Shown: positions 1 to 11,900 of the stretch, in pieces
Layout: every line of letters begins with the position of its first letter
How positions within the stretch are numbered: position 1 is the stretch's first letter
DNA from: Amphiscolops sp. MND2022
Lineage: Eukaryota
NCBI GenBank assembly: GCA_964187785.1
Contig: OZ076409.1
Location: 77,750,001 to 77,814,000, forward strand
Direction: 5' to 3'
Length of the DNA stretch: 64,000 bases
Notes under the pieces: model-generated
Databases searched by the model: none
Seen by the model: the letters and a program-made list of their open reading frames with translations, nothing else
Told to the model about the DNA's origin: nothing
Program-made: the position numbers and the translations under genes

Positions 1-500
1 AAGCCCTCTCGAGCCACTCTTTCACTACTGCTTCAACAAAAGAAACATTGTTTTGTTGATTTGTTCTTTTCATATATATTTTTGTATTTAGATGATCAAT
101 TAATTTTATTCACATACAGTCAGTTTTTGTACAAAGCTCTAAAATGTTTGAGTTAACGTAGAGGAAGAAACGCGATGTGACTGAGATCAGATGTATATTG
201 TTTCACTGCAGTAGCGTTCTAAAACCACGCAACTCCATTTCCTAAAGTTGAAAATTTTAAGTCCAAATTTCTTGGAAAGGGCCACAAAAACAAAAAAAAT
301 TTCAGCTGGGAAAGTTTCTTAGCAATTTATGTAGCGACCGTGTCATCAATCCACCCCCCCCCCCCAAACTGCGGCGGGGGGGGCGGGGGGGGCTAAGACA
401 CTAGGTTCAAATACCATTATGTTGACATCGTTTGCGTTAAAATCACATTTTCAGATTCACAGGTATCATTAAATCTCTATAGAATTTCTAGTAATTTCAT

Positions 501-640
501 TGAAATAGCAACGCAATGTGATTTCGAGTAACTTCGGTGAAATAGCAACTCGATGTGATTTCGAGCAACTTCGGTGAAATAGCAACGCGATGTGATTTCG
601 AGTAACTTCATTGAAATAGCAACGCGATGTGATTTCGAGT
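501..640 (+). repeat. 37-bp tandem array (4 units), core TGAAATAGCAACGCGATGTGATTTCGAG
   Basis: Unit starts at 501, 538, 575, 612. Confidence 0.95.
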
Positions 641-2000
641 TCTTCTTCTCTTCGAGTACAGTTCTAAAATATCGCAACCTCATAGCATAATATGGCAAAA
701 TTCAAAACCAAATATCTCAAACTGCCACGAATACGAAATTTTGCGTGTCCGTTTAAGTTAACCACTTTTAAGTTCGCCACAAATACAAGTTCGCCACAAA
801 TGTTCCAATACAAGGTTGCCGAAAAAAATCATTTCAATGAAAATAACTGCAATCAATCAATAACAATAATTTATTTTTGAGATCATGGAATAAAAATCAT
901 TCGCCCCCTCGATAGAAGCCGCATTAAGCACAGGGGCTCCGAAAAAAATTTTTCATCGAAATTATTTCCATAAAAGTTTTCCATAAAAATAATTTATTTT
1001 TCGAAGTTAGAAATAAAAATAGTTTATTTCTTTCAGATCCATTATTGAAAAATTATTTTTGTGACCACCGCCATTTGAGTGCAGCCATTGTGTCTGTGAC
1101 CGCGAAGAGGACGAATTAACAAGCGAAAGACTTTTCAGCAGATCAAAACTGACGCAGGGGTATCTGAGACAAAACATGACCCCCATGCATCTTGAAGGAT
1201 CTGTTTTTCTATTTGTAAATAGATCATTCTGGGATGTGCAAACTGTCGAAAAAAATAATTGAATTTTTCTGCATTTTGCCATATTGGCCATTATTTATTT
1301 TTAATGCTGAGAAATCAAATTTATTCATTTTTCCGTACGAGAAATAAAAATTATTTATTTTTGGAGTGCAATATTATGGCCATTATTTTTTAGGAGCCCC
1401 TGATTAAGCATGAAAATTTTGTTATAAAAGCCATAGCTTACTGTATTTCTTCGAATATAAGCAGCGAATTCACTGCAGAAAAAGGTAAAAGAAATACGGT
1501 AATAATAATTTGGTTCGTTGTGATGGAAATTGAACTGATAAAGAAACGCCATGTGACTGAGCATGAAAATTTCATTCATTCATTCTCAACCTACAGCTAG
1601 CTTGTTGCAAAGCTGGAGAATTGAACGACTGAAAAGAAACGCAAGATGATTGAGCATGCTTTTGTTATTAGCGTACGTGTAACTGGTCTGCCTTGTTTTA
1701 TTTATTTAATTTATTTACTTCTAATTTTGAACTGACGAGTTGCATCAAAGTCTAGCTGCTTCTAAAACTGTTGTTTACTGAACACGCCTGCTTGGTGGAA
1801 TAAGACACATGGTCCTAAAATTTAACCGCATGTCCCTTTAAATATTTTGTTCTCCAGGGTTGGAAAAGTATCTGAAAGTAATTTGAACATCCAAAAGATC
1901 AGATACTTTTGTTTATCCGCCTGATGTTTTGATACGACTTTCTCCTAATAAAGTATTTCATTTCAAAAATGAACCGTTTTTGTTTCAATGTTATACCAAA

Positions 2001-2141
2001 AGGGGACATTGGCTCAGATATCTACAGATAGACGACAGGAGATACCTACCTCATGAATTTAGATTTTATGAAACGATTCCGCCAGTGTTTAACTTTGGTG
2101 ATCTGACAAGCGGAAGCTGTTGCACTGAGCCATATTCCCCT
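2001..2141. mobile_element. MITE-like element with ~17-bp imperfect TIRs (GGGGAC..GCTCAG); copies at ~9100-9270, ~11368-11538, 17437-17598
   Basis: Left end AGGGGACATTGGCTCAG, right end CTGAGCCATATTCCCCT; four similar copies in the window. Confidence 0.65.
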
Positions 2142-2231
2142 ACATAAGGTAAACTAAATTCAATATTAATAGCTTAGCTCATACCATACTGTTATATCGA
2201 TGATGTACAGTAGTGTTCTATGATGTAGTAC

Positions 2232-2610
2232 AGTAGCGTTCTAAAATATCGCAGCTCCAATGCTAAAAACTGCAAATTTCAAATCGAAATTTCTCGAAAA
2301 CTGTCACAAATACGAAAAAGTGTCAGCTAGGAAAGTTTCTTAGAATTTTATTTAGTTTACGAAAATGTTTGTTTGAAATTTTTGCGACAAAAATTACAAA
2401 AGTTAGAAAATGGAAATTTTGACAAATTTTAATCAAATTTGTACTTTTTCTGTACAAAGTTTGTACACAAAATTAAAAATATATTTTTGCAAAATTTTCA
2501 GTCAATCATTTGCAGATTCAGATCACTTTTTCTCGCAGACCTTTCAAACAAACATTTTTGTAAACTAGATAAAATTCTAACAAACTTTCCTAGCTGGCAA
2601 AATTTCGGTG
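2232..2610. mobile_element. Non-autonomous element starting TA|CAGTAGCGTTCTAAAATATCGCA (Tc1/pogo-like MITE family); related ends at ~209, 659, 4770, 7395, 8044, 20325, inverted at ~5150-5230 and ~7600-7720
   Basis: The same ~150-bp end sequence recurs in both orientations; several copies are preceded by TA. Confidence 0.6.
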
Positions 2611-2619
2611 CCGTTGTAA

Positions 2620-3045
2620 GTTCGCCATATTTAAGTTCGCCACGTATAATTTAGCCCCTAAAATTTAGCCACATTTAGGTTAGCCACCATATAAGATCGC
2701 CACGTTTGTTTTCGTCACATTTCAGCTAATGAAAGAATTCCATATCAGCGATTATTTTCATTTGGTTATATTTAGTGGCGATTAGCATACTTGTTGTATG
2801 GCTCGGTCGCTTCGCTCCCTTCGCCAAGTAGCAACATTGAGGCATGGCCATATGGCACGTCGCTCCGCTTCGCTTCGCTTCGCTCCTGCATTTAGGGCAC
2901 TAGGGGTATGTGAACATATCTGACTACGTTATCGTGATTTTGAATGATCGAATTTGATTGGCCGAAAATGTGGCGAACTTGTATGTGGCGAACATATATG
3001 GTGGCTATATTAAATGTGGCTAAGATTTACGGGCTAACTTATATG
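2620..3045. repeat. Inverted arrays of (AAGTTCGCCAC)-like repeats flanking a GC-rich core
   Basis: Forward repeats 2618-2720; reverse-complement repeats GTGGCGAAC at ~2968-3045; a similar array at ~750-800. Confidence 0.7.
2785..2931 (+). mobile_element. GC-rich CGCTTCG-containing module with GGGCACTAG near its 3' end (Helitron/Helentron- or Crypton-like terminus); copies 34481-34622, 40946-41087, inverted 7040-7098, partial 19517-19547
   Basis: Near-identical copies are visible. The superfamily assignment is inferred from the CTAG end and GCGAAGCG hairpin motifs. Confidence 0.55.
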
Positions 3046-3954
3046 TCAACACAAACCACAAATAACTAAACAGAAAAGTAAAATCTTCACATGAACAAAA
3101 TTTTTCCGAATAGTAATTTTTGGACTTTGTTTACCCTGGAAGTCAGTTTTGTTTTTATGTTTATATTTATTTGAATCAAATTTCATTTTCCAAATGCTAA
3201 TTAGGACTAATTTCAATCTGATTTGCTTTCGAGATTAATAGTTCGAAAAATTCTTTTCGTAACAATTCTCAATTTTTGTCGCAGAGAGTTTTTAAAACAC
3301 TAATAAAAACTAGATGAAAGTCTAAGAAACTTTCACTTATGATGTAATTCAAAATTTCGAAAAATCAGAACCTAAAGTCGCTTGTGGGACGATTTCTTAA
3401 TCACAATACTGTACATGTATTGGCAAATCATCAGCTTATCGGACAGAATACGAATCTATTTTCTATCACATTCCGCTTCTTTTTGAAACTATCTTTCCTC
3501 AACTACACTGCGTTTCTTTTCTATTGAACTTATACTTTCTTTTATTGTTCTTGATTTAGGGGGGGGGCTTATATGACGAACATACCGTAAATCAACATTT
3601 TCCCTTTCACAATTGGCGAGGGGGCTTATTTGCCGGGATATACGGTATGATCTAAAAGAAACGCAAGGTGATTGATAATGAATGCAAACTTTTGGGATAA
3701 CAAAAATGTTGCGTCTCTGTGCCAATAATTTTATTTTGTGAAAATTAGATTAACTTCGTCATCAAAAAATTTTCTTTGAGGTGAAAATGTGATAGAGAAT
3801 TGATTTATATTGTTTCACTAGAAGTTCTAGTGAAACAATACAAATCAAATCTATCACATTGCGTTTCTTTTAAATCATACGTCTAGTGAAACAATACAAT
3901 ACACTTCTAATCTCAATCATATTGCGTTTCTCTCTCTACGTTAACTCGAACAAG

Positions 3955-4052
3955 ATCCCTCCTTTTATGTCCCACCAAATGCCCGTCCCACCAAGGCATA
4001 ATAAAAAGGGGTCTATGTCCCACTAAATCTGGTTTCCTCAACACAATCCACT
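3955..4052 (-). repeat. GGTGGGAC/GTCCCACC terminal cluster of a dispersed element; other copies ~8915-8973, 11171-11242, 13441-13527, 18205-18300, 18405-18468, 22018-22100, 53847-53878, 57638-57720
   Basis: Consensus GTGGGACATAGACCCC..TTTT.ACTAGGCCTTGGTGGGACGGGCA..GTGGGACATAAAAGGTGGGAC recurs in both orientations. Confidence 0.85.
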
Positions 4053-4064
4053 AAATATATACAA

Positions 4065-4172
4065 CAGTGTTGGCATGTTTTAAAACAGACTGTTTTAAAA
4101 CAGTTTTGAAACACTGTTTTAAAACGTTTAAAGCGTATAAAAATACTTTTAAACGTTTTTTATCCAACCCTG
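4065..4172. mobile_element. 108-bp hAT-type MITE
   Basis: Ends CAGTGTTGG ... CCAACCCTG; 8-bp flanks ATATACAA / ATTTACAA (7/8), consistent with an 8-bp TSD; internal GTTTTAAAAC repeats. Confidence 0.75.
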
Positions 4173-4428
4173 ATTTACAATCATGTAATAGTCCTTTTTA
4201 TGTCAAATAACTTGACCAATAAGGGACCTTTATATGAATGAGTTTTCTTGTTTGGGGAAAAATTTTCTTCAAAGAAATCAAGTTCCATAAATATTGGCTG
4301 TAACAGCACTAAAAGTTGGTTGTTTGAATTCTGCTGTATGAGACTCAGGTATGAAAGTGTATGAGTAGGTTGTACTTCCAAAAAACCTGGTTGGAGTAAT
4401 CATACTACGCGAGGAAGTGGAAAGGAAC

Positions 4429-4574
4429 ATTGCTCTCAACACCGCTGCATTATATCTACCGTGGAGGCGATTGAAACATCAACAATCACAGTGTTATCTA
4501 TTCCATGAACCATGTCGGTTGCTCCTACCGTGGTTCGAACCACCATTTCACTATGCAGCTAGTGTGAGAGCAAT
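4429..4574. mobile_element. Possible MITE with ~22-bp imperfect TIRs
   Basis: ATTGCTCTCAACACCGCTGCAT versus the reverse complement of ATGCAGCTAGTGTGAGAGCAAT. Confidence 0.4.
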
Positions 4575-5354
4575 CTTTCGCGCAACCGACTACTCCAACA
4601 AGACCTTGAATTGTCTGCTCGTGTTGCAGCTCATATAGCAATTTTATTGCGAAATAATAAAGATATAAGAACGCTGCAGCCAACAGCATTTTGTGGTAGT
4701 TCTAATCAGTGGTGCGCAATTTTGCGTTTATATTCTTCATATTGCATTGTTTCTTTTAGATCATATTTCCACAGTAGCGTTCTAACGTTCTAAAATATCG
4801 CAACTTTAATGCTTATAATGTCAAAATTCAAACCCAAATATCTGGTAAACTGTCACGAAAATTAAGTAACGTAGAATCAAAATTTTTAGACTTTTTTTCA
4901 TCCGGACACTCGCTATAATTTCCCCAACCTACTGATGTTTTCATCGAGAATTTGTTTCGAAATACAATATATTTTGTGTCTATGAGCACTGAAGTACATG
5001 TATTAAGATAGGGTATAAGAATTGTTTTTAGAAAGCTAACAATTTTAATTTGAAATCGAAAAAGCTTTTCAATCCAACTATATCAGCATCCTGACGATAC
5101 TTGGCGGCAATTTATCCACAAAAAATTTGCAATTTTTTTGTAGCAGAAAATTCAGATAATTTTGTAAACTAGATAAAATTCAAAGAAACTTTCCTTGCTG
5201 ACATTTTTTGTATTTGTGGCAATTTTCAAGAAATTAGCCTTTCATTTTTAACAACCGTGACTTACATTTATATAGATCATAATTCTAGTGAAACAATAAA
5301 CATCGGACCATGTCATCTCTCCCCCCCATGTACACCTTGGTACGAATTTCCCAC

Positions 5355-6060
5355 CCAACACGAAAGCACATTTTCTTCTGGAATAAAAATATTTCACTGA
5401 TAAGAGAATATTATACTTTTACTTAAAGGATTGTCTCTACAACTGTTTGGACACTTCAGGTAAAAAATCCATAATTTTTTGATATTATTGTCCAAAATAG
5501 CATAAATTCACGCTTGGAACAAGATACATTAATTGAAATTTAGTTCTCTTTGTTTATTTGCTCTTTGCAAATCCACCTTTATTTGGACAATTAGAAAATA
5601 ATTCAGCAGATAATTTGAAATAAAAATACAAACAGTGCTGTGGAAATTTGAAAGATTTTAATCAAAAAACTAACTAACCAACAAAAAACGATTTGGGTCA
5701 CCTGTAGGTTAGGCTTTGTATGACATATTAAGAAAGAGAGCTGAAGAAACAAGATAAAAGTGATTCCAGGAATCCTCGAAACTCTTCAAAGTAATTTGTA
5801 CTGATACTTGGACTTAGAACGGCTTGAAAATCATAGGAATAATGCGGGAGAACAAAAATTATAACAAATGCCGGAAATAAGTTCATCAAAACTGAATTTT
5901 AACTCAATTCAGTACTATAGCCGCAACGTGCTAATTAAAGAAGTCACTGTGGCAACTAAGGTCATTGACAGTTCGGGGAAGGTGCGAATTTGTTTAGGCA
6001 AAAGTTGTGACGTTATGCTCGGCTGCTATCACACGGCCATCGCACGTTAAACATTACTGT
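5355..6060 (+). repeat. Dispersed ~0.7-kb module; relatives at ~18630-19425 and ~54975-55410/55690-55800
   Basis: Shared strings CAACACGAAAGCACATTTTC, GGTCACCTGTAGGTTAGGCTTTGTAT, ATGCCGGAAATAAGTTCATCAAAACTGAATTT, TTATGCTCGGCTGCTAT. Confidence 0.85.
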
Positions 6061-7177
6061 AGGAAAGGCAATGGGATGACTCATCATTGATGAGCATGCT
6101 ATTGAGCCTGCTGCTAGCAAGCAACTTCACAACTCTGAAAAACAAGCGCCGTGTGATGAGCATGTGAAGTTCAGTTGCAGTTGGAGATAAGTTTCACGTG
6201 AATGAGAACATCTTTTGTCGGGCACAAATAACAGCTGAGATTACAAATCTCAACGAAGTTATTTTTGCCCAGTATAATTTAGTTTTAAGGAGGCTCTCAG
6301 TTAGGGGATCACATAGTGTCGCCCATAACAAGACCCACGGCGAGAACGTGACCTCTGAAGGGTCTCAAAAATCTAAGTTTACAAATTCTAGTACAAAAAT
6401 ATGCTAACTACCAGAGCTTCCGAAATTTTATTTGGGATCAAATAATTCAAATAATTTGAACCAAAATCAGTTATTTGAATAATAGAAACTTGAAAGCTTT
6501 TGATCATTTAATTGGCAATAGTTGAAGCATTATTTTCGGTAAGAATATTCTTAAGACTTTCATCCCAAGATAGTCTATTCATCTTTAAAAATTTCAAGGG
6601 TTCATTGGAAAAGTACTTATCTGAAACCGTATAAGGCCTAATCCGCGGTAGTAAAGAACCTTTCCATTTAATTAGAGTTCGGCACTATGAAATCAATATC
6701 AAAGTAATCAGACATGTTTTGTGTTTTCCATTTTTTCATTATTAATTTCTAGTGTGCGTCACATTTCAATGCATCATTCCAGGCAAAAAAATCACAATTA
6801 CTTGTTAAACAAGCGGAAGCCCTGATAACTACACTTTTACAAAATTTTAATTGTACAAAATACTATTTACGGGTATTTACCTAGAAACTCGAAACTAATA
6901 AACATTGTGCACGGACATACAAAGGTTTTGCGACGGCGTTCTTCATTTACAGTGGGGGAAATTTTGTATTAGAGGGCAGGAATGTTCAAAATGAGAAAGG
7001 TACTAATAACTGATCTTGATTTTCAGTTACTAGTATAATTACTAGTGCCCTAAATGCAGGAGCGGAGCGAGGTGCCATATGGTCATGCCTCAATGTTCAC
7101 GGCCCCTAGAAAGTTGCGGAATTGAAATTAAACAAATCGCGAGAACATTTGCGTTAAAAAGTCTTGAACTACTTCGA

Positions 7178-7394
7178 TGAAAGAGCAACGCGATGTGATT
7201 TCGAGTACTTCGATGAAATAGCAACGCGATGTGATTTTGAGTAATTTCATCTGAAATAGCAACGCGATGTGATTTCGAGCACTTCGATGAAATAGCAACG
7301 CGATGTGATTTCGAGTAACTTCGGTGAAATAGCAACGCGATGTGATTTTGGAGTACCTTCTTTGAAAAAGCAACGCGATGTGGTTTTCGAGTAC
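7178..7394 (+). repeat. 36-38-bp tandem array (6 units), same family as 501-640
   Basis: Unit starts 7178, 7214, 7252, 7288, 7325, 7363. Confidence 0.95.
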
Positions 7395-8943
7395 AATTCT
7401 AAAATATCGCAACCTCATAGCATAAAATGGCAAAATTCAAAACCAAATATCAGGAGATTTGGTGGCAATTGATTGACTGAAATTTTTTCAAAAATATATT
7501 TTCAATTTTGTGAAAATCTGGAAAAAGTACAAATTTGAATGAATTTTGTCAAAATTTCAAATTACTAATTTTTGAAATTTTTTTTGTCGTAGAAAATTCA
7601 AACAAACATTTTTGTAAACTAGATAAAATTTTAGGAAACTTTCTTAGCCGACACGTTTTCGTATTTGTGACAGTTTTCAAGAATATTCAATTTGAAATTT
7701 GCAATTTTAAGCATTGGAGTTTTAATGAAAAAGCAACGCGGTGTGATCAGGGTTACCGAAAATATTATTTTGATAATATTTTAGCCAAAAATACAGTTAT
7801 TTTATTTCTATTCTCAAAAATAAATAATTGCAAAACATTTGTGTTCAATAAATGATGAATGTGAGTGAAACTGATTAAGTTTAATTGGAGAAGAATTCTG
7901 AGAAATCTGAGAATTCTCAAGTGTCAACGAAGTTGAAATTTTGTAAATCCGTTACGAACCATGCCGAGTCTGAACGAAATTTTCACCGAGTGTCAGGACT
8001 GCTGTGACGTCATAATTAATATGATAGTAGCGTTCAGTAAATGTAGCGTTCTAAAATATCGCAACTCCACTGCTTAAAATTGCAAATTTCAAATCCAAGT
8101 TTGTTAGAAACTGTCACAAATACGAAAAATTGTCAGCTATGGAAGTTTTTAAGAATTTGATCTAGTTCACAAAAATGTTTAATGGAAATTTCTACGACCC
8201 TTTTTGAAAAAGTTAAAAATACAAAATATTTTACCGTATATTCCGGCAGGGGTATTCGAAAAATAATTTCGGGGAAATTTATCGCAAAAAATAAAACAAA
8301 AGAAAGTTCAACTCAAAACAGAAAGTCGTTGAATTTCTTGTGACTGCACAAAATAGTGTCAACAAATTTGTATCTTAATTCTAAACTGTCACCATGGAAA
8401 TAAAGATAGAATTAAAGGTTTATGGTTTATAATTTAGGTTTTGTGATATTTTTTACTAATTTCTCAAAAACAATTGGCGGTGGGGGGGATGGTTTTAACA
8501 GCAAAGAGCCAAAATGTGGGATGTTGATTAGATTTCTTTATAATATTGAGTTTTGAAACTTGAATCTTTTTCGTGGCAAGTATTTACGTGACAGAATATG
8601 GAAATTGATAATTCACAGAATTTCCACAATATTTGGGTTTTAATGTAATTATTGCAATTTATTATGGCTGATGTTATAGGGGCAGTCTTACATTCGCCAT
8701 ACCGTATTAGGAAAACCTGACGTGTAGGTAAATTTATTTCATAATTAAACAGTTTTTTTCACACTCTAAAAAATAAATTGGACCACTGATTGTGAAAATG
8801 ATTTGGACTGAACAAAAGGTACCGATATCTCCGCAACTATTTTCTGCTAAAAACTATTCAGGTGAAAGTTTCTCAATTCTTCAATACGAGTTGAGACGTT
8901 TAGGCAACTAGCGTTGGTGGGACATAGACACCTTTTTACTAGA

Positions 8944-11900
8944 CCTTGGTGGGACGGGCATTAGGTGGGACATACAGATTTTGGCAACCGAATTGGATTT
9001 TTGTACACATCATCAGCCAATATAAACTTTTATATCATATTTTAAAAAAGTGTATTTAATTTCAAAAGTTGAATTTTTCGTTTCAATCTTTCACAAAATG
9101 GGGACAGGTGCTCAGATATCTAAAGATAGGCCACAACAGATACCTACCTCATGAACCTTGACTTTATGGAGCAAGTAGACTATTCTGTCACGGTGGAGCC
9201 TCAAGTTGTCAGAGTGTTTAGGCTCGGTGATCTAAGAAGCGGATTCTGAAGCTCTGAGCCATAGTCACCTATATACGGTAAACTAACTTGAGTATATACA
9301 GTATACGCAAAACATGTAAATACTCCACGCCGTGTTCATTCACATTCTTTCAGCTCTTATTCCTAGTGAACCAAAACCAATCTAATTCCAATCACATTGC
9401 GTTTCTTTTAGATGGTGGATTCCCAAATAACATAAGAGTAAATATTTTTCAAACAACAAAAATGGAAAAGTATGAAAATTACAGAGAAAAACTCTTAAGT
9501 TCAATAGTTTAATCGGGTATTCAGCTTTATTTTTGTTATATGAAATTAAATTTCCTCTTTATGTTTTTTATGCGACTAATCTATTATTATTAATATTATT
9601 GAGTAATTCGGTGATGTCCGTTTTTATTCTTAATTTGAATGGAATTTAAAATATTGATTTTATTTAAAATAACCATATCTACAACAATATAAATTATTGG
9701 GAATCTCCAAACCAAGAGCCTCTTTAAAACTTAATTACAACAAGTTTTTTTGAAAAGCAACAATCATAGGGCTCTAGGCTCAGCGTTGCTTAGCTGAAGT
9801 GGCCGATTTGAACGTAACGGTTGCTTAAAAGTTGCTTAAATGTGGTGGAATAAGCGGGCCTATACCCAGGTTCGATGAAGAATTCAGTGACACTTTGTCA
9901 TCCAGACGTAGGGCGAAAAATCAAAGCTTTGTACGAGAATGGGTGACATATTGGAGTAGTAATGTACTGCAGTATTACCCTTGGAGAGTTCAAAATCTAG
10001 ATTCAAAAAGACTATCAAGATGTGCCAGGGTTGATCAAATTATTATTTTTATTTATTTTGAACAGACAAATAGGATTTAAAATATTTTAATCCGGATTCG
10101 TGATTTAAATCATCTTCCCGACTTTAAAAAAATCTGTGGTGGACCCCAGACGTCTTACCCCCCCCCCACTTAGAGCTGCGGTGGAACAAAGTGGACAATT
10201 TGGCCGAGAGTTATCCAAAAAATGTTCAAAATTAAATTCAATTTAAATCCAATTTATTTAAAAGGTGTTTTTAAGAACTGTTTAGAACTTTAAAACAGAA
10301 GAGAAGCTCTCAGGTGATATCGCTGCTTGCTGTGAATCAAACAATACCGGTCAGCTTGGTAATTAGCGCTGGTTTGAACGGTGTGGTTTAACACCATTTT
10401 GATTTAAAACCTAAAATTTTCATTTAAATTTTCTTTCAAAATACGTATTTTCCTTGTGATTCTTTCTTCACTGTATTTCGAAACTTAAATTGAGAGCAGT
10501 TTTGGCATATCATCTTTTACTTCAAAACTGGGTGGTAATTTACTTGATTCTCTAATATCACTAACTTAGAAAATTGTTATTACTGACTTAGTTTGTTTAA
10601 AAGTAAGGTTAATTGGTCAAGTGCAAGACGTTATTTCAATTATTTAATTGGTTGGTTACTTGAGTGAAAGGAGAAAACAAACTTCTGAAAACAAAGCAAG
10701 TTACGAGTAAAAGACAGAGTAAAGTAACGATGTGTTTTGTCAATGATCTGGCTCCATTGATCATTCAATCTCCAAACACTAAAACGATCGCTTCCTTCAA
10801 AACATTGACAATCAGACTTTCAAAACGCAATACACTATCAAAAATATACCTGAACATCAGAATACCTTAACGCAATACCATACGAAGTCTCAGAATGCTG
10901 ATCTGCGCCGTTTGTGGGGAGGAACTGTACAACTTCATTTGGTCGCTTGATGAGAACCACGCGATCTGCAGTGAGTGCCGCGATGCTTGGATCAAAGTCC
11001 TCGAGAGGCAAGTTTCACAACTTTGCTGATTTTGAAATTTGTAGTTGAAGATGACAGTTTTTTCACTTCAAAATTTTCCCATATTATCACTGACCAATAT
11101 CGAAAAGAACCCGACATTTCAACGATTTGTTTTTTGATGCTATGAAACTATTACTCTTCTGTTTTTCTTAGTGGGACTTAGTGGGACTCAGACCCCCTCT
11201 TTTTCACTCGGCCTTGGTGGGACGGGCATTAGGTGGGACATACAGATTTTGGCAACCGAATTGGATTTTTGTACACATCATCAGCCAATATAAACTTTTA
11301 TATCATATTTTAAAAAAGTGTATTTAATTTCAAAAGTTGAATTTTTCGTTTCAATCTTTCACAAAATGGGGACAGGTGCTCAGATATCTAAAGATAGGCC
11401 ACAACAGATACCTACCTCATGAACCTTGACTTTATGGAGCAAGTAGACTATTCTGTCACGGTGGAGCCTCAAGTTGTCAGAGTGTTTAGGCTCGGTGATC
11501 TAAGAAGCGGATTCTGAAGCTCTGAGCCATAGTCACCTATATACGGTAAACTAACTTGAGTATATACAGTATACGCAAAACATGTAAATACTCCACGCCG
11601 TGTTCATTCACATTCTTTCAGCTCTTATTCCTAGTGAACCAAAACCAATCTAATTCCAATCACATTGCGTTTCTTTTAGATGGTGGATTCCCAAATAACA
11701 TAAGAGTAAATATTTTTCAAACAACAAAAATGGAAAAGTATGAAAATTACAGAGAAAAACTCTTAAGTTCAATAGTTTAATCGGGTATTCAGCTTTATTT
11801 TTGTTATATGAAATTAAATTTCCTCTTTATGTTTTTTATGCAACTAATCTATTATTATTAATATTATTGAGTAATTCGGTGATGTCCGTTTTTATACTTA

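Noticed and set aside
501..640. 37-bp arrays (also 7178, 20141, 56278) as CRISPR arrays
   Set aside because: The variable part is only ~10 nt and the variants are mutated versions of each other (TAACTTCGGT, CAACTTCGGT, TAATTCCAGT), not unique spacers; no cas genes; eukaryotic context.
477..698. ORFs with repeated SKSHRVAIS / NHIALLFH / ITSRCYF peptides (also 7090-7433, 20106-20354, 56157-56499)
   Set aside because: Translation artefacts of the 37-bp DNA repeat; the unit length is not a multiple of 3 and several frames are open.
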